Source: Candidatus Uhrbacteria bacterium
GTDB taxonomy: Bacteria > Patescibacteriota > Patescibacteriia > JACQRZ01
Direction: 5' to 3'
Assembly (NCBI GenBank): GCA_016206145.1
Contig: JACQSA010000005.1
Location: forward strand, 1 to 42,735
Length of the DNA stretch: 42,735 nucleotides
The notes under the pieces were generated by a model that was not told the origin of the DNA, searched no databases, and saw nothing but the letters and a program-made list of their open reading frames with translations. Shown in pieces: positions 26,194 to 33,611 of this stretch (positions are counted from its first letter, which is position 1; each line of letters begins with the position of its first letter). The translations under genes were made by a program, and so were the position numbers.

Positions 26194-29100
26194 ATGCCAA
26201 AACGCATTGCCCTTTTGATCGGAGTGAGCGTCGTTGTGCTCATACTCATTGGAGGGTTTTTTTATTATTTTTCAAGCGCGGGGAGGTTTGCGTTTCAAAA
26301 GACTGCTACGTTTGAATTGCAGCCTCAGAAAATAAGAGGAGAGGTTGAGATTGAACCCAGTACAAGCTTTCTTGTAAAAAGCTCCCGTCCGGTAGCACCG
26401 GAGAAACTAAAAGAATCATTGACTATCGAGCCGAAAGTCGAGATGACTGTGCAGTCAGTCGATGATACGACATTCAATGTAACGCCCACAGAAGAGCTTG
26501 CGAGTGACACAGTATATACGGTAGCTATTGACGCGCCTTTGGCCGCTAAAAAACAAAGTTGGGCATACCAAGTTATTGCGCCTTTCGAAGTTATTTCCAC
26601 AATCCCGGGTAATCATGTCAACAGTGTGCCGATACGCACAGGAATTGAAATCACATTGAATCGTGAGACTGTTCCTTTCCAAGATTATTTTGAAATTTCA
26701 CCGGCAATTGCCGGAACATTCGAGCAGAAAGAAGAGAAACTTATTTTTGTCCCGCAAGAACCACTGGCATATAAAACAATTTATACAGTGAAGCTCAAGA
26801 AAGGACTCAAGGAAAAAGAGAGTCCCGATACTCTTTCAGACGATACTGTCTTTACGTTTGAAACAGAAGACAAAGAGCGACCCGCAATGGATACTGGCTA
26901 TCTTGGGTTCCAAAGAACGTTTTGGGATTTTGTTCCCACTCAGGCGCCTGTATTTGGCCTTTCATCCAGCGGAATAAAAGAGGTGCGGCTGAAAATATAT
27001 CGGTTTAAGGGTCATGAGGATTTTTTGCAGGAATATAGCCGCATTACGAATGAGCGGGAGCAATGGTCGAACTTCCATAATCTGCTTGAATTTCGCGTCA
27101 AACCCGACCAAAAGATTTTCGATGCGAAGCTGAAAGTGGAAGAGCTTGATTATAGTTCGTATGCAGTACTGCCGCAAAAATTGCCTGCCGGTTTTTATGG
27201 AGTCGAGGCGTATAGCGCCGATGAGCTAGAGGATATTACATGGCTACAAGTAACCCCACTCATAGGATTTTCTGCAGTGAGCGGAGGAAATAGCATTGTC
27301 TGGATCAAGGATCATAAGACAAAGGACGGTATCGCAGAGGCAACCATTTCGTATCGAGGCCGTGTATTGGGAGCCACAGACGTGCAAGGACTTGCGACTT
27401 TTCCTACCCCACAGGAGCATATTCTTGGCACTCCTGAAAACGAGGAAGAAGAGGCATGGAAATATCCTTTTGCGGTCGTTACGCATGGGTTAGACACCTT
27501 GCTTTTGTCATTGTTCGAAGACAGTGCAACGCAAGGAGATGAATGGTGGACCGGATTAACAGTTGATAAGCCGATTTATCTTCCGACAGACTCCATTCAT
27601 TTTTGGGGATTTGCAAGACGGCGCGATGATACTGACATCAAGGGTAATGAAGTGGAAGTTCAGATTCGGAATGCCTACGATTACGAATACGATGATGCCG
27701 CATACGTTCAGACAAAGGCGCGCATAGGGACTTCCAATACGTTTATTGGCACAATTGAGTATGCTTCCTTGCGTCCGGGGTACTATAGCCTTGTGGTAAG
27801 CTATCAAGGCAAGACGGTGGTAGCTCAGCAAATCAATATACAAACATATGTAAAGCCCGCATATACCCTCTCCGTAGAGCCGGATCGGCACGCCGCGTAT
27901 GCGGGAGAAAAAATTTCCTATACTGTCAAAGCGAATTTTTTTGACGGTACGCCGGTACGCGGCTTGCAGATTCTCTATACTGATCCTGACTCAAAGAATG
28001 AAGATACTGAAGGGAAAAGTGCGCTTGTATTGAATGCAGATGGGCAAGGAACTTTTACTACGAAAAGCATCTCCCATAGAGAAGATGCCAAGACAGGATC
28101 GCCACTCATAGATACTACGTATGTTGAGCCTGCTTTTGCTGAAGAAGCCGAGATACACGCAAGCGCCTCTTTTCTTGCGTTTCCTGCTCGACAGATTATG
28201 ACTGTCGATCCCAGCTATGATACAAAAAAAACGCATTTTGCAGTTTCACTGCATTCAGTTGATATCGCAAAAGGTCTTGCGGCAGAGGGCGGGATGGATG
28301 AAACGTTGTACTATGGATCGCCCGTCGCCAATCATCCCATCAAAGTGAAAGTGACTCGAACCGAATATAGAAAAAAGGTTTCAAGCCGTAAGTATGATCC
28401 TTATACAAAAACAACATATCCGGTATATGAGTATCACACGATAGAGACTGATCTGCCGTCAACAGAAATTCGTACGGATGCAAGCGGCAAGGCACAATTT
28501 TCATGGGAAGGCGATGATACATATTCCTATACCGTGAAGTTTGAAACAAAGGACGAAAAAGGAGTTACGCTTTTTTCCGAACATTCTGTGTTTATAAAAT
28601 CAATGTATGAGTATTACGATGCCCCATTAGGCGTTTCTCTTTCAAAGGACGAGCCTGACAAAATTTATTATACGATTGGGCAACCTATACGCCTATCTGT
28701 GGAGCGAAATGACGGCGCGGCATTACAGAAAGAAAAAGAAAGATACCTGTACTTGCGTACGGTAAATGAATCAATATCACCATTCATCTCTGATTCACCC
28801 ACATATCGCGACACATTTACTGATACATACATTCCGAATGTGGAAATCATTGGAGTATGGTTTTCGGGCGACCGTTTTTACGATACTGCCGGATATTGGC
28901 AAGAGGCTGAGAGTTTATATTATGATTCGCAGGAACGTGCACTTTCGATTTCCATCAGAAAAGATCGCGATCGATATCGTCCGCGTGAAACAGTCAAGTT
29001 ATCGGTAGACGTGAAGGATCCCAAAGGCGAACCTCGTAAAGCTCATGTGCTTGTGTCAGCAATCGATGAGGCATTAAAAACATTCGGGGAGGTGCCGACG

Positions 29101-31509
29101 CTTGAACCTCAAATATATCGAGGCCTCAATTCTCGACTTATCTTGCACTCTACTCACGAGCATCCCGTCACGTCTGGCGCAGAGGGTGGGGGTTGTTTTG
29201 TCGCGGACACATCGATTCTCACCCCGAGCGGTGAACGTCCCATTCAAGATTTGCGTGAAGGCGATTATGTACTTACCAAAGCAACAAGATCCGATCCGAC
29301 GCTTATTCCCGCACGGATACATCACGTGAGTTCTCATATAGATAATGAGTATATGGATATCAATGGAAACTTTTTTCTCACTCCAAATCATCGGCTGCTG
29401 GTAAATAATAAGTGGACACCCGCGGGCGCCGTAAAGAGAGGAGATACGCTTTTAGATTCACACAGTGAGAAGGTCCCTGTATTATCTGTATCGCGAACGC
29501 AACAGACCGGGCGGGTATATAATATTGAGATAGAGAATCAACATACTTTTTTTGCGGAAGGATTGTATGTCCATAATCAGGAAAAAGGTGGCGGGGATGA
29601 AAGTGGAATTTCACGAACAGATTTTAAAGATACAGTATATTTTGAGGAGATAGGTACAAACGAGAAAGGCCATGCAGAAGTTTCTTTCCCGTTGCCTGAC
29701 AACCTCACCTCATGGTCTGTGAAGGCAGAGGCGATCACGAATGATTTGTTTACAGGAGTGGACGAAATCGGAATACCCGTGAGTATGCCCTTTTTCGTTG
29801 ATGCGACATTGAATAAGACATATCTTGCGGGAGATCAGCTGACATTGCGATTGCGGACATTCGGAACGGAGGCGCCTGAAGGACAGATCAAGTATCGCGT
29901 CGAAAGTCCCACGTTGCCTTTTAAGAGCATTGAAAAGGAAGGAGGCAGATCCATAGAATTGCCTCTTGGATCCCTTAGCGGGGGATTGCATACACTCACT
30001 ATCACTGCGAGCGCAGGAGCATTTACTGACACTCTCGTAAGAACTCTTGATGTGCGGGATACCTATTTTATTAAATCAGCTTCTGAATATCGTTCACTTA
30101 AAAGGGGGGAAGAGGCGCGCTTTGAGTCTGCTGCACATTCAGTACAGGGATATGCCACCCTGACCGCATGTTCTTGTGATCGAAGCCGATATGGATCATT
30201 GGTATCAGGGCTCCGTTATGGAGGAATACGTCTTGATGAACAGGCTGCTTCCGCAGTTGCATCTGAACTTGAAAAAAAATATTTTGGCGTTACTGACGAA
30301 GATATTGCCGATATAGATCTTGCGACATATCAGCGTGAGACAGGAGGGTTTGGTATTGTGTTCTATGGTGGCGATGATCTTTATTCAAGCGCCCTTATAG
30401 CGCATGCAGCACGGTTTTCCAACGCAATGTTGTACAACGAAGGAGAGCTGATTTCCTATCTCTATACTTCACTCAATGATGTCAAAGCAGATCGTACACG
30501 GCAAATCTATGCATTGTGGGGCCTTGCTGCACTTCGAAAGCCTATCCTGGTTGATCTGCAACCTTATCTGAACGACCCCACAACTACTCTTGAGGAACGC
30601 GTGTACCTTGCTTCTGCGCTGGCAACACTTGGCGCACACGAGAAAGCAAAAGAGTATTATCAATCCCAGATCAAAAACAAACTCATTGAACAAAAGCCGT
30701 TCCTTTATGTGCGCGGACTCAAGAATACAGATACTGACCTTCGAGTGACAGGCATCATAGCGTATTTGCTTTCTGCGCTTCAAGACGATACTGCCCAGTC
30801 GGCAGGAGCATATCTGTTTGAATATGAACCACATGAAACTCGCATTGATCTGGAGAGGGCGTTTTATCTCGCTACGCTATTGCCGACACTTGAAGAAGGC
30901 AACGCAACGTTCGAATATCAAACAGCGCTCGGCATTGAAACAATCACTCTTGCCAAGGGCGTTTCATTTCATAAGAAATTGAGCCCAGAAGATTTATCTC
31001 ACGTAGCAATTCGCACTCGTAGCGGCACCCTCAATATAGCTACCGTATATGACACTGCTGATCCGTCAAAAAAATCTTCACCTGATCCTGCCATTCAGAT
31101 TCAGCGTTCATATACACTGAAAGGAGACAAGCGTTTCACTCAGCTGCATAATGGGGACCTTGTAAAAATTACATTATCTCCAAAGATAGATAAGAGCGTG
31201 CAGGCAAATGTCTTTCAAATCACGGATTATGTGCCGAGCGGATTGCGTGTAGTGGAATCTCTGCCGGTAGGGGGGTATTCTGATGAAGAGGAGGATCAAG
31301 ACAGGCACGATGTCAGAGGGTATCCTTTTCTTGTGGATGGTCAACGAGTGGTATTCGATTGGTACAAAGACAAGGATCAGCGCGCGTTCTATTACTATGC
31401 TCGCGTCGTATCTTCCGGCATCTATCGAGGGCAGAACGCTGAGATCCAATCTGTACTTTCGAGCGATAGTGTAAATTATTCCAGTGAGGAATCAGTGAGC
31501 ATACAGTAA
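26194..31509 (+). CDS. alpha-2-macroglobulin-family protein (bacterial A2M/MG-domain), membrane anchored, interrupted by a Hint domain
   Basis: N-terminal TM, a long series of MG-like beta-sandwich segments, and the A2M block RTDFKDTVYFEE...FPLPDNLTSWSVKAEA. This is followed by a helical TED-like region and a C-terminal beta domain. The length without the 128-aa insert is 1643 aa, typical of bacterial A2Ms. Confidence 0.85.
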   Translation: MPKRIALLIGVSVVVLILIGGFFYYFSSAGRFAFQKTATFELQPQKIRGEVEIEPSTSFLVKSSRPVAPEKLKESLTIEPKVEMTVQSVDDTTFNVTPTEELASDTVYTVAIDAPLAAKKQSWAYQVIAPFEVISTIPGNHVNSVPIRTGIEITLNRETVPFQDYFEISPAIAGTFEQKEEKLIFVPQEPLAYKTIYTVKLKKGLKEKESPDTLSDDTVFTFETEDKERPAMDTGYLGFQRTFWDFVPTQAPVFGLSSSGIKEVRLKIYRFKGHEDFLQEYSRITNEREQWSNFHNLLEFRVKPDQKIFDAKLKVEELDYSSYAVLPQKLPAGFYGVEAYSADELEDITWLQVTPLIGFSAVSGGNSIVWIKDHKTKDGIAEATISYRGRVLGATDVQGLATFPTPQEHILGTPENEEEEAWKYPFAVVTHGLDTLLLSLFEDSATQGDEWWTGLTVDKPIYLPTDSIHFWGFARRRDDTDIKGNEVEVQIRNAYDYEYDDAAYVQTKARIGTSNTFIGTIEYASLRPGYYSLVVSYQGKTVVAQQINIQTYVKPAYTLSVEPDRHAAYAGEKISYTVKANFFDGTPVRGLQILYTDPDSKNEDTEGKSALVLNADGQGTFTTKSISHREDAKTGSPLIDTTYVEPAFAEEAEIHASASFLAFPARQIMTVDPSYDTKKTHFAVSLHSVDIAKGLAAEGGMDETLYYGSPVANHPIKVKVTRTEYRKKVSSRKYDPYTKTTYPVYEYHTIETDLPSTEIRTDASGKAQFSWEGDDTYSYTVKFETKDEKGVTLFSEHSVFIKSMYEYYDAPLGVSLSKDEPDKIYYTIGQPIRLSVERNDGAALQKEKERYLYLRTVNESISPFISDSPTYRDTFTDTYIPNVEIIGVWFSGDRFYDTAGYWQEAESLYYDSQERALSISIRKDRDRYRPRETVKLSVDVKDPKGEPRKAHVLVSAIDEALKTFGEVPTLEPQIYRGLNSRLILHSTHEHPVTSGAEGGGCFVADTSILTPSGERPIQDLREGDYVLTKATRSDPTLIPARIHHVSSHIDNEYMDINGNFFLTPNHRLLVNNKWTPAGAVKRGDTLLDSHSEKVPVLSVSRTQQTGRVYNIEIENQHTFFAEGLYVHNQEKGGGDESGISRTDFKDTVYFEEIGTNEKGHAEVSFPLPDNLTSWSVKAEAITNDLFTGVDEIGIPVSMPFFVDATLNKTYLAGDQLTLRLRTFGTEAPEGQIKYRVESPTLPFKSIEKEGGRSIELPLGSLSGGLHTLTITASAGAFTDTLVRTLDVRDTYFIKSASEYRSLKRGEEARFESAAHSVQGYATLTACSCDRSRYGSLVSGLRYGGIRLDEQAASAVASELEKKYFGVTDEDIADIDLATYQRETGGFGIVFYGGDDLYSSALIAHAARFSNAMLYNEGELISYLYTSLNDVKADRTRQIYALWGLAALRKPILVDLQPYLNDPTTTLEERVYLASALATLGAHEKAKEYYQSQIKNKLIEQKPFLYVRGLKNTDTDLRVTGIIAYLLSALQDDTAQSAGAYLFEYEPHETRIDLERAFYLATLLPTLEEGNATFEYQTALGIETITLAKGVSFHKKLSPEDLSHVAIRTRSGTLNIATVYDTADPSKKSSPDPAIQIQRSYTLKGDKRFTQLHNGDLVKITLSPKIDKSVQANVFQITDYVPSGLRVVESLPVGGYSDEEEDQDRHDVRGYPFLVDGQRVVFDWYKDKDQRAFYYYARVVSSGIYRGQNAEIQSVLSSDSVNYSSEESVSIQ
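29194..29577 (+). mobile_element. mini-intein / bacterial intein-like (BIL) Hint domain, 128 aa, no endonuclease
   Basis: In-frame insert at residues 1001-1128. Block A is CFVADTSILTPSG, block B LTPNH (TxxH), block F VYNIEIENQHTFFAEG and block G LYVHN. The residue after the terminal Asn is Gln, not Cys/Ser/Thr. Confidence 0.75.
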
Positions 31510-32336
31510 TGCATCGTGCTTCTGTATTTTTGCTTGCGCTTGCCATCCCGCTCTCGCACCCGTTTCTTTTTACAGGTGATGAGTTATTGATTAAGAAAAT
31601 AGTTTTAGGTCCACCTATATATCAACACAGCTCGCCATATCCTCGAGATGTGTATGCAGGAATACTTCCACATCATGCTCCGTTGACATTTCCGCTCATT
31701 GCAAGTTTCTATAGAGATCTTGCGCGATCAGGCGCAGGCATTGATACATTCGTAGTCCTTGGTCCGGATCATTTTAACAGGGCTTCAGACGAGATCGTGT
31801 TATCGGATAGGGCGTTTGAGACCCCGTTTGGAATTTTAAGAAATGATGCGCGTCTCGGAAAAAAAATAATTGCTGCGCACATTGGCCGTATTGATCGCGC
31901 TCCTTTCGAAAAAGAGCATGCGATTCATAGCCACACCGCGTTTATTAAAAAGTATTTTCCTCGTGCGCGCATTGTGCCTATTTTGTTTCACGCGAGCGCG
32001 TCATTACAATCTGCAGAAGCGCTTGGCGTCCTTCTGTCAAAAAATAATAAAAAAAAGATTTTTCTGGTCGGCAGTATAGACTTTTCTCACTATCGCAAGG
32101 CAACGGACGCTCGTCCTATCGATGAACGTTCCGCTCGCCTTTTACGCACTCTTGATGAGCGGAACGTTCAATTCATTGACGCAGATTCTCCGGCTGCTCT
32201 GGCAGCTCTGCTACGATTTGTACGTGCGGTTCCCGGCGTGCAGTTCCTTGATAGCCACGTATATAATACGGCAGATTTCAGTTCAAATTCACTGAGTACG
32301 ACAGGTTATATTATTGGAGTGTTCGGAAGGCCTTGA
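31509..32336 (+). CDS. Memo-like protein (AmmeMemoRadiSam system protein B family)
   Basis: GILPHHAPL, VVLGPDHF, EHAIHSHTAFIKKYFP and VGSIDFSHY. The start codon overlaps the A2M stop (TAATG). Confidence 0.75.
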   Translation: MHRASVFLLALAIPLSHPFLFTGDELLIKKIVLGPPIYQHSSPYPRDVYAGILPHHAPLTFPLIASFYRDLARSGAGIDTFVVLGPDHFNRASDEIVLSDRAFETPFGILRNDARLGKKIIAAHIGRIDRAPFEKEHAIHSHTAFIKKYFPRARIVPILFHASASLQSAEALGVLLSKNNKKKIFLVGSIDFSHYRKATDARPIDERSARLLRTLDERNVQFIDADSPAALAALLRFVRAVPGVQFLDSHVYNTADFSSNSLSTTGYIIGVFGRP

Positions 32337-32356
32337 CAGGCATATAGGATCTTGTA

Positions 32357-32365
32357 TGCTATATT
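32357..32365 (+). promoter_or_regulatory. extended -10 promoter element TGCTATATT (rplJL operon)
   Basis: TGnTATATT lies about 170 nt upstream of rplJ, immediately before the structured leader. Confidence 0.45.
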
Positions 32366-32370
32366 TATTC

Positions 32371-32512
32371 CCACAGACAATGGGTCTGGTTCAATCCAGA
32401 TAAATATTGCGCGATTAGATTGCGCGATTACCTATCGAGGGAGACGATAAAGCTTTTGTGTATAGAAAGCAATCGTCACAGTCTGTGGACTCTTCATAAG
32501 GTCCATTTTTTT
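32371..32512 (+). promoter_or_regulatory. structured rplJ (L10) leader, candidate autoregulatory element
   Basis: A long-range helix, CCACAGAC (32371-32378) with GTCTGTGG (32481-32488), encloses two hairpins: TCTGG/CCAGA (32385-32400) and GACGAT...ATCGTC (32443-32477). A small hairpin TGGAC...GTCCA (32486-32505) followed by T7 shares bases with the long-range helix. Confidence 0.5.
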
Positions 32513-32532
32513 ATACCATAAATCAAATTAGT

Positions 32533-33066
32533 ATGGCACGCAGTCGTGATAGTAAACAACAAGTGATCGACACGATTCAGGGCAATCTTGCAAAAAGCTC
32601 GGCGGTTTTTTTCATTAATTTGCAAGGGCTCAGCGTAAAAGAGGCGAGCGCATTGCGAAAAGAATGCAGGGCACACAACCTTTCTTGTTTAATGGCAAAA
32701 AAGACATTATTCAGAAAAGTGTTTAGCGAAGCGAAGGTGGAGGGCATTGATTTTAAAAAGCTTCAAGGTGAAGTTGCGGCAGCATTTAGTTTTACCGATG
32801 AAGTATCTCCGGCAAGAGTGCTCGAGAAATTTAAAAAAGAACACGAGAAATTTCATATATTGCGAGGAGTCGTACTTGGAGGTCCTGATGGAGTGCAGCA
32901 TCTGGATGCAGCGGCGATTGCACGATTGTCCCGGCTCCCTTCACGCGAAGAACTTCTTGGTAACCTAGTTGGAGCTTTGGAAAATCCGCTGCGAGGATTG
33001 GTTGGAGTTGTGCAAGGACCTTTGCGTGGATTTATCACGGTCCTCAATGCACTTGCTACTAGATAG
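32533..33066 (+). CDS. rplJ: 50S ribosomal protein L10
   Basis: KQQVIDTIQGNLAKSSAVFFINLQGLSVKEASALRKECR and the position directly upstream of rplL. Confidence 0.9.
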   Translation: MARSRDSKQQVIDTIQGNLAKSSAVFFINLQGLSVKEASALRKECRAHNLSCLMAKKTLFRKVFSEAKVEGIDFKKLQGEVAAAFSFTDEVSPARVLEKFKKEHEKFHILRGVVLGGPDGVQHLDAAAIARLSRLPSREELLGNLVGALENPLRGLVGVVQGPLRGFITVLNALATR

Positions 33067-33103
33067 ATTGTTTACTTAATTTTATTCTTTAATAGTGACT
33101 TAT

Positions 33104-33505
33104 ATGTCAGAGGAAAAAAGTACGTCAGTCCCTGAGAAATTTCAAGATCTCGTCGCAAAGATTGAGAAACTCTCAGTATTAGAGCTTTCCGAGCTCGTAA
33201 AAATTCTCGAAGAGAAGTTTGGCGTTTCTGCAACGCCCGTAGTCGCCGCAGTCGCTTCTTCCGGTGCGCCTGCCGCAGAGGCAGTCGAAGAACAAACTTC
33301 ATTTACTGTTGAGTTGACAGAATCAGGAGCTACGAAGATCAATGTGATCAAGGCGGTTCGCGAGCTCACTCAACTTGGCTTAAAAGAAGCAAAAGACTTG
33401 GTAGATGGCGCTCCAAAAATAGTAAAGGAAGGCGCTACAAAAGATGAAGCGGCAAATATGAAAAAGAAACTCGAAGACGCGGGTGGCAAAGTTACCCTCA
33501 AGTAA
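33104..33505 (+). CDS. rplL: 50S ribosomal protein L7/L12
   Basis: [19 protein letters not shown], an Ala-rich hinge, and [33 protein letters not shown]. The ATG at 33104 is preferred over the GTG at 33095. Confidence 0.92.
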   Translation: MSEEKSTSVPEKFQDLVAKIEKLSVLELSELVKILEEKFGVSATPVVAAVASSGAPAAEAVEEQTSFTVELTESGATKINVIKAVRELTQLGLKEAKDLVDGAPKIVKEGATKDEAANMKKKLEDAGGKVTLK

Positions 33506-33536
33506 TCCTTCGATTGCCGACTTTGGCGACCTCGGG

Positions 33537-33570
33537 ATGAATCTATAGAAACAATTTTCTACAGATTCAT
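33537..33570. repeat. intergenic hairpin repeat, family H, copy 2
   Basis: ATGAATCTATAGAAA-CAAT-TTTCTACAGATTCAT forms a 15-bp stem. Its single A-C mismatch is at the same stem position as in copy 1 (G-U on the - strand). Confidence 0.6.
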
Positions 33571-33577
33571 TTTGTGC

Positions 33578-33611
33578 AAAAAATCTCCTTCGATTTGGAG
33601 GGGATTTTTTT
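33578..33611. terminator. candidate bidirectional terminator between convergent rplL and the 774-aa gene
   Basis: AAAAAATCTCC-TTCGATTT-GGAGGGGATTTTTTT. The GC core is only 4 bp, with a 3-nt bulge and A/T extensions. T-runs are present on both strands. Confidence 0.4.

Noticed and set aside
32406-32431. The tandem 13-nt repeat considered as a possible CRISPR or VNTR.
   Set aside because: There are only two adjacent units with no spacers, and no cas genes are in the window. It is a simple duplication inside the rplJ leader.
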